A stretch of DNA of 64,000 nt, from NCBI RefSeq assembly GCF_009914755.1, contig NC_060927.1. One strand, 5' to 3'. The DNA comes from the human T2T-CHM13v2.0 reference genome, Homo sapiens. Shown here piece after piece: positions 47,101-63,600 of the stretch (position 1 is its first letter; every line of letters begins with the position of its first letter). The notes beneath the pieces were generated by a model. It did no database searches and was not told the origin of the DNA. It saw only the letters and a list, made by a program, of their open reading frames with translations. The position numbers were made by a program, and so were the translations under genes.

Positions 47101-48469
47101 ATGAAAGTACATCAAATATATATTTTATTCTGTACATAAAATATCAAAGTACACCAGATATATATTCTATAGTGTACATAAAACAACAAAGTACCCAAAC
47201 TATACATTATATACTGTACATAAAATATGAAATTACATCAAATATATATTAGGTACATAAAATATGAAAGAACATCAAACATAGATTATATACTGTACAA
47301 AAAATATCAAAGTACCCCAAATATATATTATATACTCTACATGAAATATCAAATTTCACAAACTATATATTATATACTGTACATAAAATATCAAAGTACC
47401 CAAGGTATATATTCTATACTGTACAAAAAATATCAAAGTACCCAAAGCATGTATTATATACTGTATATAAAATATGAAAGTACATCAAATATATATTTTA
47501 TTCTGTACATAAAATATCAAAGTACACCAGATATATATTCTATAGTGTACATAAAATAACAAAGTACACAAACTATAAATTATATACTGTACATAAAATA
47601 TGAAATTACATCAAATATATATTAGGTACATAAAATATGAAAGTACATCAAATATAGATTATATACTGTACATATAATATCAATGTACCCGAAATATATA
47701 TTTTATACTCTACATGAAATATCAAAGTTCACAAACCATATATTATATACTGTGCATAAAATATCAAAGTACCCAAGGTATATATTCTATACTGTACAAA
47801 AAATATCAAAGTACCCAAAGCATGTATTATATACTGTACATAAAATATGAAATTACATCAAATATATATTTTATTCTGTACATAAAATATCAAAGTACAC
47901 CAGATATATATTCTATAGTGTACATAAAATATCAAAGTACCCAAACTATACATTATATACTGTACATAAAATGTGAAATTACATCAAATATATATTATAT
48001 TAGGTACATAAAATATGAAAGTACATCAAATATAGATTATATACTGTACATTAAATACCAATATACCCCAAATATATATTTTATACTGTACATGAAATAT
48101 CAAAGTTCACACACTATATATTATATACTGTACATAAAATATCAAAGTACCCAAGGTATATATTCTATACTGTACAAAAAACATCAAAGTACCCAAAGCA
48201 TGTATTATATACTGTACATAAAATATGAAAGTACATCAAATATATATTTTATTCTGTACATAAAATATCAAAGTACACCAGATATATATTCTATAGTGTA
48301 CATAAAATATCAAAGTACCCAAACTATACATTATATACTGTACATAAAATATGAAATTACATCAAATATATATTATATTAGGTACATAAAATAAGAAAGT
48401 ACATCAAATATAGATTATATACTGTACATAAAATATCAAAGTACCCCAAATATATATTATATACTCTAC

Positions 48470-50349
48470 ATGAAATATCAAAGTTCACAAACTATATATT
48501 ATATACTGTACATAAAATATCAAAGTACCCAAGGTATATATTCTATACTGTACAAAAAATATCAAAGTATCCAAAGCATGTTTTATATACTGTATATAAA
48601 ATATGAAAGTACATTAAAGATATATTTTATTCTGTACATAAAATATCAAAATACACCAGATATATATTCTATAGTGTACATAAAATAACAAAGTACACAA
48701 ACTATAAATTATATACTGTACATAAAATATGAAATTACATCAAATATATATTAGGTACATAAAATATGAAAGTACATCAAATATAGATTATATACTGTAC
48801 ATATAATATCAATGTACCCCAAATATATATTTTATACTCTACATGAAATATCAAAGTTCACAAACCATACATTATATACTGTACATAAAATATCAAAGTA
48901 CCCAAGTTATATATTCTATACTGTACAAAAGATATCAAAGTACCCAAAGCATGTATTATATACTGTATATAAAATATGAAAGTACATCAAATATATATTA
49001 TATACTGTACAGAAAATATCAAAGTACACCAGATATATATTTTATAGTGTACATAAAATATCAAAGTACCCAAACTATACATTATATACTGTACATAAAA
49101 TATGAGATTACATCAAATATATATTATATTAGGTACATAAAATATGAAAGTACATCAGATATAGATTATATACTGTACATAAAATATCAAAGTACCCCAA
49201 ATATATATTATATACTCTACATGAAATATCAAAGTTCACAAACTATATATTATATACTGTACATAAAATATCAAAGTACCCAAGGTATATATTCTATACT
49301 GTACAAAAAATATCAAAATACCCAAAGCATGTATTATATACTGTATATAAAATATGAAAATACATTAAATATATATTTTATTCTGTACATAAAATATCAA
49401 AGTACACCAGATATATATTCTATAGTGTAGATAAAATAACAAAGTACACAAACTATAAATTATATACTGTACGTAAAATATGAAATTACATCAAATATAT
49501 ATTAGGTACATAAAATATGAAAGTACATCAAATATAGATTATATACTGTACATATAATATCAATGTACTCCAAATATATATTTTATACTCTACATGAAAT
49601 ATCAAAGTTCAGAAACCATACATTATATACTTTCCATAAAATATCAAAGTACCCATGGCATATATTCTATACTGTACAAAAGATATCAAAGTACCCAAAT
49701 CATGTATTATATACTGTACATAAAATATGAAAGTACATCAAATATATATTTTATTCTGTACATAAAATATGAAAGTACACCAGATATATATTCTATAGTG
49801 TACATAAAATATCAAAGTACCCAAACTATATATTATATACTGTACATAAAATATGAAATTACATCAAATATGTATTATATTAGGTACATAAAATATGAAA
49901 GTACATCAAATATAGATTATATACCGTACATAAAATATCAAAGTACCCCAAATATATATTATATACTATACATGAAATATCAAATATCACAAACTATATA
50001 TTATATACTGTACATAAAATATCAAAGTACCCAATGTATATATTCTATAGTGTACAAAAAATATCAAAGTACCCAAAGCATGTATTATATACTGTACATA
50101 AAATATAAAAGTACATCAAATATATATTTTATTCTGTACATAAAATATGAAAGTACACCAGATATATATTCTATAGTGTACATAAAATATCAAAGTACCC
50201 AAACTATACATTATATACTGTACATAAAATATGAAATTACATCAAATATATATTATATTAGGTACTTAAAATATGAAAGTACATCAAATATAGATTATAT
50301 ACTGTACATAAAATATCAAAGTACCCCAAATATATATTATATACTGTAC
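48470..50349 (+). repeat. Second copy of the 1880-bp divergent five-unit module
   Basis: 48470 matches 40249, 48843 matches 38742/40622, 49221 matches 39120, 49594 matches 39493 (CTTTCCAT, CCATGGCA) and 49972 matches 39871 (CAAATATCAC). Confidence 0.8.
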
Positions 50350-50600
50350 ATGAAATATCAAAGTTCACAACTATATATTATATACTGTACATAAAATATC
50401 AAAGTCCCCAAGGTATATATTCTATACTGTACAAAAAATATCAAAGTACACAAAGCATGTATTATATACTGTACATAAAATATGAAATTACATCAAATAT
50501 ATATTATATTAGGTACATAAAATATGAAAGTACATCAAATATAGATTATATACTGTACATAAAATATCAAAGTACCCCAAATATATATTATATACTGTAC
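50350..50600 (+). repeat. 251-bp 6-mer HOR (m4-m6 deleted)
   Basis: Spacing is 251 = 6x42-1. m3 is followed directly by m7 at about 50480. Confidence 0.78.
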
Positions 50601-51355
50601 ATGTAATATCAAAGTTCACAACTATATATTACATACTGTACATAAAATATCAAAGTACCCAAGGTATATATTCTATACTGTACAAAAAATATCAAAGTAC
50701 CCAAAGCATGTATTATATACTGTACATAAAATATGAAAGTACATCAAATATATATTTTATTCTGTACATAAAATATCAAAGTACACCAGATATATATTCT
50801 ATAGTGTATATAAAATATCAAAGTACCCAAACTATACATTATATACTGTACATAAAATATGAAATTACATCAAATATATATTATATTAGGTACATAAAAT
50901 ATGAAAGTACATGAAGTATAGATTATATACTGTACATAAAATATCAAAGTACCCCAAATTTATATTATATACTATACATGAAATATCAAAGTTCACAAAC
51001 TATATATTATATACTGTACATAAAATATCAAAGTACCCAAGGTATATATTCTATAGTGTACAAAAAATATCAAAGTACCCAAAGCATGTATTATATACCG
51101 TACATAAAATATAAAATTACATCAAATATATATTTTATTCTGTACATAAAATATCAAAGTACACCAGATATATATTCTATAGAGTACATAAAATATCAAA
51201 GTACCCAAAGTATACATTACATACTGTACATAAAATATGAAATTATATCAAATATATATTATAATAGGTACATAAAATATGAAAGTACATCAAATATAGA
51301 TTATATACTGTACATTAAATACGAAAGTACCCCAAATATATATTTTATACTGTAC

Positions 51356-51691
51356 ATGAAATATCAAAGTACCCAAGGTATATATTCTATACTGTACAAA
51401 AAATATCAAAGTACCCAAAGCATGTATTACAAACTGTACATAAAATATGAAAGTCCATCAAATATATATTTTATTCTGTACATAAAATATCAAAGTACAC
51501 CAGATATATATTCTATAGTGTACATAAAATATCAAAGTACCCAAACTATACATTATATACTGTACATAAAATATGAAATTACATCAAATATATATTATAT
51601 TAGGTACATAAAATATGAAAGTACATCAAATATAGATTATATACTGTACATTAAGTACCAAAGTACCCCAAATATATATTTTATACAGTAC
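51356..51691 (+). repeat. 336-bp 8-mer HOR (m1 deleted)
   Basis: ATGAAATATCAAAGT continues directly into ACCCAAGG (m2). Spacing is 336 = 8x42. Confidence 0.78.
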
Positions 51692-54600
51692 ATGAAATAT
51701 CAAAGTTCACAAACTATATATTATATACTGTACATAAAATATCAAAGTACCCAAGGTATATATTCTATACTGTACAAAAAATATCAAAGTACCCAAAGCA
51801 TGTATTATATACTGTACATAAAGTATGAAAGTACATCAAATATATATTTTATTCTGTACATAAAATATCAAGGTACACCAGATATATATTCTATAGTGTA
51901 CATAAAATATCAAAGTACCCAAACTATAAATTATATACTGTACATAAAATATGAAATTACATCAAATATATATTATATTAGGTACATAAAATATGAAAGT
52001 ACATCAAATATAGATTATATACTCTACATTAAATACCAAAGTACCCCAAATATATGTTTTATACTGTACATGAAATATCAAAGTTCACAAAGTATATATT
52101 ATATACTGTACATAAAATATCAAAGTACCCAAGGTATATATTCTATACTGTACAAAAGATATCAAAGTACCCAAAGCATGTATTATATACTGTACATAAA
52201 ATATGAAAGTACATCATATATATATTTTATTCTCTACATAAAATATTAAAGTACATCAGATATATATTCTATAGTGTACATAAAATATCAAAGTACCCAA
52301 ACTATACATTATATACTGTACATAAAATATGAAATTACATCAAATATATATTAAGTACATAAAATATGAAAGTACATCAAATATAGATTATATACTGTAC
52401 ATAAAATATCAATGTACACCAAATATATATTATATACTCTACATGAAATATCAAAGTTCACAAACTATATATTATATACTGTCCATAAAATATCAAAGTA
52501 CCCAAGGTATATATTCTATACTGTACAAAAAATATCAAAGTACCCAAAGCATGTATTATATACTGTACCTAAAATATGAAAGTACATCAAATATATATTT
52601 TATTCTGTACATAAAATATCAAAGTACACCAGATATATATTCTATAGTGTATATAAAATATCAAAGTACCCAAACTATACATTATATACTGTACATAAAA
52701 TATGAAATTACATCAAATATATATTATATTAGGTACATAAAATATGAAAGTACATGAAGTATAGATTATATACTGTACATAAAATATCAAAGTACCCCAA
52801 ATTTATATTATATACTATACATGAAATATCAAAGTTCACAAACTATATATTATATACTGTACATAAAATATCAAAGTACCCAAGGTATATATTCTATAGT
52901 GTACAAAAAATATCAAAGTACCCAAAGCATGTATTATATACCGTACATAAAATATAAAATTACATCAAATATATATTTTATTCTGTACATAAAATATCAA
53001 AGTACACCAGATATATATACTATAGTGTACATAAAATATCAAAGTACCCAAACTATACATTATACACTGCACATAAAATATGAAATTACATCAAATATAT
53101 ATTAGGTACATAAAATATGAAAGTACATCAAATATAGATTATATACTGTAAATATAATATCAATGTACCCCAAATATATATTTTATACTCTACATGAAAT
53201 ATCAAAGTTCACAAACCATATATTATATACTGTACATAAAATATCAAAGTACCCAAGGTATATATTCTATACTGTACAAAAAATATCAAAGTACCCAAAG
53301 CATGTATTATATACTGTACATAAAATATGAAAGTACATCAAATATATATTTTATTCTATACATAAAATATCAAAGTACACCAGATATATATTCTACAGTG
53401 TACATAAAATATCAAAGTACCCAAACTATACATTATATACTGTACATAAAATATGAAATTACATCAAATATATTTTATATTAGGTACATAAAATATGAAA
53501 GTACATCAAATATAGATTATATACTGTACATAAAATATCAAAGTACCCCAAATATATATTATATACTCTACATGAAACATCAAAGTTCACAAACTATATA
53601 TTATATACTGTACATAAAATATCAAAGTACCCAAGGTATATATTCTATACTGTACAAAAAATATCAAAGTACCCAAAGCATGTATAACAAACTGTACCTA
53701 AAATATGAAAGTACATCAAATATATATTTTATTCTGTACATAAAATATCAAAGTACACCAGATATATATTCTATAGTGTACATAAAATATCAAAGTACCC
53801 AAACTATACATTATATACTGTACATAAAATATGAAATTACAGCAAATATATATTATATTAGGTACGTAAAATATGAAAGTACATCAAATATAGATTATAT
53901 ACTGTACATTAAATACCAAAGTACCCCAAATATATATTTTATACTGTACATGAAATATCAAAGTTCACAAACTATATATTATATACTGTACATAAAATAT
54001 CAATGTACCCAAGGTATATATTCTATACTGCACAAAAAATATCAATGTAACCAAAGCATGTATTATATACTGTATATAAAATATGAAAGTACATCAAATA
54101 TATATTTTATTCTGTAAATAAAATATCAAAGTACACCAGATATATATTCTATAGTGTACATAAAATATCAAAGTACCCAAACTATACATTATATACTGTA
54201 CATAAAATATGAAATTACATCAAATATATATTAGGTACATAAAATATGAAAGTACATCAAATATAGATTATATACTGTACATATAATATCAATGTATCTG
54301 AAATATATATTTTATACTCTACATGAAATATCAAAGTTCACAAACCATATATTGTATACTGCACATAAAATATCAAAATACCCAAGGTATATATTCTATA
54401 CTGTACAAAAAATATCAAAGTACCCAAAGCAGGTATTATATACTGTAAATAAAATATTAAAGTACATCAAATATATATTTTATTCTGTACATAAAATATC
54501 AAAGTACACCAGATATATATTCTATAGCGTACATAAAATATCAAAGTACACAAACTATACATTATATACTGTACATAAAATATGAAATTACATCAAATAT

Positions 54601-57600
54601 ATATTATATTAGGTACATAAAATATGAAAGTACATCAAATATAGATTATATACTGTACATTAAATACCAAAGTACCCCAAATATATATTTTATACTGTAC
54701 ATGAAATTTCAAAGTTCACAAACTATATATTATATACTGTACATAAAATATCAAAGTACCCAAGGTATATATTCTATACTGTGCAAAAAATATCAAAGTA
54801 CCCAAAGCATGTATTATATACTGTATATAAAATATGAATGTACATCAAATATATATTTTATTCTGTACATAAAATATCAAAGTACACCAGATATATATTC
54901 TATAGTGTACATAAAATATCAAAGTACCCAAACTATACATTATATACTGTACATAAAATATGAAATTACATCAAATATATATTATATTAGGTACATAAAA
55001 TACGAAAGTACATCAAATATAGATTATATACTGTACATAAAATATCAAAGTACCCCAATATATATTATATACTGTACATGAAATATCAAAGTTCACAAAC
55101 TATATATTATATACTGTACATAAAATATCAAAGTACCCAAGGTATATATTGTATAGTGTACAAAAAATATCAAAGTACCCAAAGCATGTATTATATACCG
55201 TACATAAAATATAAAATTACATCAAATATATATTTTATTCTGTACATAAAATATCAAAGTACACCAGATATATATACTATAGTGTACATAAAATATCAAA
55301 GTACCCAAACTATACATTATACACTGTACATAAAATATGAAATTACATCAAATATATATTAGGTACATAAAATATGAAAGTACATCAAATATAGATTATA
55401 TACTGTAAATATAATATCAATGTACCCCAAATATATATTTTATACTCTACATGAAATATCAAAGTTCACAAACCATATATTATATACTGTACATAAAATA
55501 TCAAAGTACCCAAGGTATATATTCTATACTGTACAAAAAATATCAAAGTACCCAAAGCATGTATTATATACTGTACATAAAATATGAAAGTACATCAAAT
55601 ATATATTTTATTCTGTACATAAAATATCAAAGTACACCAGATATATATTCTATAGTGTACATAAAATATCAAAGTACCCAAACTATACATTATATACTGT
55701 ACATAAAATATGAAATTACATCAAATATATATTATATTAGGTACATGAAATATGAAAGTACATCAAATATAGATTATATACTGTACATAAAATATGAAAG
55801 TACCCCAAATATATATTATATACTCTACATGAAATATCAAAGTTCACAAACTATATATTATATACTGTACATAAAATATCAAAGTACCCAAGGTATATAT
55901 TCTATACTGTACAAAAAATATCAAAGTATCCAAAGCATGTATTATATACTGTATATAAAATATGAAAGTACATCAAATATATATTTTATTCTGTACATAA
56001 AATATCAAAGTACACCAGATATATATTCTATAGTGTACATAAAATATCAAAGTACCCAAGCTATACATTATATACTGTACATAAAATATGAAATTACAGC
56101 AAATATATATTATATTAGGTACATAAAATATGAAAGTACATCAAATATAGATTATATACTGTACATTAAATACCAAAGTACCCCAAATATATATTTTACA
56201 CTGTACATGAAATATCAAAGTTCACAAACTATATATTATATACTGTACATAAAATATCAATGTACCCAAGGTATATATTCTATACTGCACAAAAAATATC
56301 AAAGTACCCAAAGCATGTATTATATACTGTATATAAAATATGAAAGTACATCAAATATATATTTTATTCTGTACATAAAATATCAAAGTACACCAGATAT
56401 ATATTCTAATGTGTACATAAAATATCAAAATACCCAAACTATACATTATATACTGTACATAAAATATGAAATTACATCAAATATATATTATATTAGGTAC
56501 ATAAAATACGAAAGTACATCAAATATAGATTATATACTGTACATAAAATATCAAAGTACCCCAATATATATTATATACTGTACATGAAATATCAAAGTTC
56601 ACAAACTATATATTATGTACTGTACATAAAATATCAAAGTACCCAAGGTATATATTCTATACTGTACAAAAAATATCAAAGTACCCAAAGCATGTATTAT
56701 ATAATGTACATAAAATATGGAAGTACATCAAATATATATTTTATTCTGTACATAAAATATCAAAGAACACCAGACATATATTCTATAGTGTACATAAAAT
56801 ATCAAAGTACCCAAACTATACATTATATACTGTACATAAAATATGAAATTACATCATATATATATTAGGTACATAAAATATGAAAGTACATCAAATATAT
56901 ATTTTATTCTGTACATAAAATATCAAAGTACACCAGATATATATTCTATAGTGTACATAAAATAACAAAGTACACAAACTATAAATTATATACTGTACAT
57001 AAAATATGAAATTACATCAAATATATATTAGGTACATAAAATATGAAAGTACATCAAATATAGATTATATACTGTACATATAATATCAATGTACCCGAAA
57101 TATATATTTTATACTCTACATGAAATATCAAAGTTCACAAACCATATATTGTATACTGCACATAAAATATCAAAATACCCAATGTATATATTCTATACTG
57201 TACAAAAAATATCAAAGTACCCAAAGCAGGTATTATATACTGTACATAAAATATGAAAGTACATCAAATATATATTTTATTCTGTACATAAAATATCAAA
57301 GTACACCAGATATATATTCTATAGTGTACATAAAATATCAAAGTACCCAAACTATACATTATATACTGTACATAAAATATGAAATTACATCAAATATATA
57401 TTATATTAGGTACATAAAATACGAAAGTACATCAAATATAGATTATATACTGTACATAAAATATCAAAGTACCCCAATATATATTATATACTGTATATGA
57501 AATATCAAAGTTCACAAACTATATATTATATACTGTACATAAAATATCAAAGTACCCAAGGTATATATTCTATAGTGTACAAAAAATATCAAAGTAACCA

Positions 57601-60600
57601 AAGCATGTATTATATACCGTACATAAAATATAAAATTACATCAAATATATATTTTATTCTGTACATAAAATATCAAAGTACACCAGATATATATTCTATA
57701 GTGTACATAAAATATCAAAGTACCCAAACTATACATTATACACTGTACATAAAATATGAAATTACATCAAATATATATTCGGTACATAAAATATGAAAGT
57801 ACATCAAATATAGATTATATACTGTAAATATAATATCAATGTACCCCAAATATATATTTTATACTCTACATGAAATATCAAAGTTCACAAACCATATATT
57901 ATATACTGTAAATAAAATATCAAAGTACCCAAGGTATATATTCTATACTGTACAAAAAATATCAAAGTACCCAAAGCATGTATTATATACTGTACATAAA
58001 ATATGAAAGTACATCAAATATATATTTTATTCTGTACATAAAATATCAAAGTACACCAGATTTATATTCTATAGTGTACATAAAATATCAAAGTACCCAA
58101 ACTATACATTATATACTGTACATAAAATATGAAATTACATCAAATATATATTATATTAGGTACATGAAATATGAAAGAACATCAAATATAGATTATATAC
58201 TGTACATAAAATATGAAAGTACCCCAAATATATATTATATACTCTACATGAAATATCAAAGTTCACCAACTATATATTATATACTGTACATAAAATATCA
58301 AAGTACCCAAGGTATATATTCTATACTGTACAAAAAATATCAAAGTATCCAAAGCATGTATTATATACTGTATATAAAATATGAAAGTACATCAAATATA
58401 TATTTTATTCTGTACATAAAATATGAAAGTACACCAGATATATATTCTATAGTGTACATAAAATATCAAAGTCCCCAAACTATACATTATATACTGTACA
58501 TAAAATATGAAATTACAGCAAATATATATTATATTAGGTACATAAAATATGAAAGTACATCAAATATAGATTATATACTGTACATTAAATACCAAAGTAC
58601 CCCAAATATATATTTTATACTGTACATGAAATATCAAAGTTTACAAACTATATATTATATACTGTACATAAAATATCAATGTACCCAAGGTATATATACT
58701 ATACTGCACAAAAAATATCAAAGTACCCAAAGCATGTATTATATACTGTATATAAAATATGAAAGTACATCAAATATATATTTTATTCTGTACATAAAAT
58801 ATAAAAGTACACCAGATATATATGCTATAGTGTACATAAAATATCAAAGTACCCAAACTATACATTATATACTGTACATAAAATATGAAATTACATCAAA
58901 TATATATTATATTAGGTACATAAAATACGAAAGTACATCAAATATAGATTATATACTGTACATAAAATATGAAAGTACCCCAATATATATTATATACTGT
59001 ACATGAAATATCAAAGTTCACAAACTATATATTATGTACTGTACATAAAATATCAAAGTACCCAAGGTATATATTCTATACTGTACAAAAAATATCAAAG
59101 TACCCAAAGCATGTATTATATAATGTACATAAAATATGAAAGTACATCAAATATATATTTTATTCTGTACATAAAATATCAAAGAACACCAGATATATAT
59201 TCTATAGTGTACATAAAATATCAAAGTACCCAAACTATACATTATATACTGTACATAAAATATGAAATTACATCATATATATATTAGGTACATAAAATAT
59301 GAAAGTACATCAAATATATATTTTATTCTGTACATAAAATATCAAAGTACACCAGATATATATTCTATAGTGTACATAAAATAACAAAGTACACAAACTA
59401 TAAATTATATACTGTACATAAAATATGAAATTACATCAAATATATATTAGGTACATAAAATATGAAAGTACATCAAATATAGATTATATACTGTACATAT
59501 AATATCAATGTACCCGAAATATATATTTTATACTCTACATGAAATATCAAAGTTCACAAACCATATATTGTATACTGCACATAAAATATCAAAATACCCA
59601 AGGTATATATTCTATACTGTACAAAAAATATCAAAGTACCCAAAGCAGGTATTATATACTGTACATAAAATATGAAAGTACATCAAATATATATTTTATT
59701 CTGTACATAAAATATCAAAGTACACCAGATATATATTCTATAGCGTACATAAAATATCAAAGTACACAAACTATACATTATATACTGTACATAAAATATG
59801 AAATTACATCAAATATATATTATATTAGGTACATAAAATATGAAAGTACATCAAATATAGATTATATACTGTAAATATAATATCAATGTACCCCAAATAT
59901 ATATTTTATACTCTACATGAAATATCAAAGTTCACAAACCATATATTATATACTGTACATAAAATATCAAAGTACCCAAGGTATATATTCTATACTGTAC
60001 AAAAAATATCAAAGTACCCAAAGCATGTATTATATACTGTACATAAAATATGAAAGTACATCAAATATATATTTTATTCTGTACATAAAATATCAAAGTA
60101 CACCAGATATATATTCTATAGTGTACATAAAATATCAAAGTACCCAAACTATACATTATATACTGTACATAAAATATGAAATTACATCAAATATATATTA
60201 TATTAGGTAAATGAAATATGAAAGTACATCAAATATAGATTATATACTGTACATAAAATATGAAAGTACCCCAAATATATATTATATACTCTACATGAAA
60301 TATCAAAGTTCACAAACTATATATTATATACTGTACATAAAATATCAAAGTACCCAAGGTATATATTCTATACTGTACAAAAAATATCAAAGTATCCAAA
60401 GCATGTATTATATACTGTATATAAAATATGAAAGTACATCAAATATATATTTTATTCTGTACATAAAATATCAAAGTACACCAGATATATATTCTATAGT
60501 GTACATAAAATATCAAAGTACCCAAACTATACATTATATACTGTACATAAAATATGAAATTACAGCAAATATATATTATATTAGGTACATAAAATATGAA

Positions 60601-63600
60601 AGTACATCAAATATAGATTATATACTCTACATTAAATACCAAAGTACCCCAAATATATATTTTATACTCTACATGAAATATCAAAGTTCACAAACCATAT
60701 ATTATATACTGTACATAAAATATCAAAGTACCCAAGGTATATATTCTATACTGTACAAAAAATATCAAAGTACCCAAAGCATGTATTATATACTATACCT
60801 AAAATATGAAAGTACATCAAATATATATTTTATTCTGTACATAAAATATCAAAGTACACCAGATATATATTCTACAGTGTACATAAAATATCAAAGTACC
60901 CAAACTATACATTATATACTGTACATAAAATATGAAATTACATCAAATATATATTATATTAGGTACATAAAATACGAAAGTACATCAAATATAGATTATA
61001 TACTGTACATAAAATATCAAAGTACCCCAATATATATTATATACTGTACATGAAATATCAAAGTTCACAAACTATATATTATGTACTGTACATAAAATAT
61101 CAAAGTACCCAAGGTATATATTCTATACTGTACAAAAAATATCAAAGTACCCAAAGCATGTATTATATAATGTACATAAAATATGAAAGTACATCAAATA
61201 TATATTTTATTCTGTACATAAAATATCAAAGTACACCAGATATATATTCTATAGCGTACATAAAATATCAAAGTACACAAACTATACATTATATACTGTA
61301 CATAAAATATGAAATTACATCAAATATATATTATATTAGGTAAATGAAATATGAAAGTACATCAAATATAGATTATATACTGTACATAAAATATGAAAGT
61401 ACCCCAAATATATATTATATACTCTACATGAAATATCAAAGTTCACAAACTATATATTATATACTGTACATAAAATATCAAAGTACCCAAGGTATATATT
61501 CTATACTGTACAAAAAATATCAAAGTATCCAAAGCATGTATTATATACTGTATATAAAATATGAAAGTACATCAAATATATATTTTATTCTGTACATAAA
61601 ATATCAAAGTACACCAGATATATATTCTATAGCGTACATAAAATATCAAAGTACACAAACTGTACATTATATACTGTACATAAAATATGAAATTACATCA
61701 AATATATATTATATTAGGTACATAAAATATGAAAGTACATCAAATATAGATTATATACTGTAAATATAATATCAATGTACCCCAAATATATATTTTATAC
61801 TCTAGATGAAATATCAAAGTTCACAAACCATATATTATATACTGTACATAAAATATCAAAGTACCCAAGGTATATATTCTAAACTGTACAAAAAATATCA
61901 AAGTACCCAAAGCATGTATTATATACTGTACATAAAATAGGAAAGTACATCAAATATATATTTTATTCTGTACATAAAATATCAAAGTACACCAGATATA
62001 TATTCTATAGTGTACATAAAATATCAAAGTACCCAAACTATACATTATATACTGTACATAAAATATGAAATTACATCAAATATATATTATATTAGGTACA
62101 TGAAATTTGAAAGTACATCAAATATAGATTATATACTGTACATAAAATATGAAAGTACCCCAAATATATATTATATACTCTACATGAAATATCAAAGTTC
62201 ACAAACTATATATTATATACTGTACATAAAATATCAAAGTACCCAAGGTATATATTCTATACTGTACAAAAAATATCAAAGTATCCAAAGCATGTATTAT
62301 ATACTGTATATAAAATATGAAAGTACATCAAATATATATTTTATTCTGTACATAAAATATCAAAGTACACCAGATATATATTCTATAGTGTACATAAAAT
62401 ATCAAAGTACCCAAACTATACATTATATACTGTACATAAAATATGAAATTACAGCAAATATATATTATATTAGGTACATAAAATATGAAAGTACATCAAA
62501 TATAGATTATATACTCTACATTAAATACCAAAGTACCCCAAATATATATTTTATACTGTACATGAAATATCAAAGTTCACAAACTATATATTATATACTG
62601 TACATAAAATATCAATGTACCCAAGGTATATATTCTATACTGCACAAAAAATATCAAAGTACCCAAAGCATGTATTATATACTGTATATAAAATATGAAA
62701 GTACATCAAATATATATTTTATTCTGTACATAAAATATCAAAGTACACCAGATATATATTCTATAGTGTACATAAAATATCAAAGTACCCAAACTATACA
62801 TTATATACTGTACATAAAATATGAAATTACATCAAATATATATTATATTAGGTACATAAAATACGAAAGTACATCAAATATAGATTATATACTGTAAATA
62901 TAATATCAATGTACCCCAAATATATATTTTATACTCTACATGAAATATCAAAGTTCACAAACCATATATTATATACTGTACATAAAATATCAAAGTACCC
63001 AAGGTATATATTCTATACTGTAGAAAAAATATCAAAGTACCCAAAGCATGTATTATATACTATACCTAAAATATGAAAGTACATCAAATATATATTTTAT
63101 TCTGTACATAAAATATCAAAGTACACCAGATATATATTCTACAGTGTACATAAAATATCAAAGTACCCAAACTATACATTATATACTGTACATAAAATAT
63201 GAAATTACATCAAATATATATTATATTAGGTACATAAAATACGAAAGTACATCAAATATAGATTATATACTGTACATAAAATATCAAAGTACCCCAATAT
63301 ATAGTATATACTGTACATGAAATATCAAAGTTCACAAACTATATATTATGTACTGTACATAAAATATCAAAGTACCGAAGGTATATATTCTATACTGTAC
63401 AAAAAATATCAAAGTACCCAAAGCATGTATTATATAATGTACATAAAATATGAAAGTACATCAAATATATATTTTATTCTGTACTTAAAATATCAAAGTA
63501 CACCAGATATATATTCTATAGCGTACATACAATATCAAAGTACACAAACTATACATTATATACTGTACATAAAATATGAAATTACATCAAATATATATTA

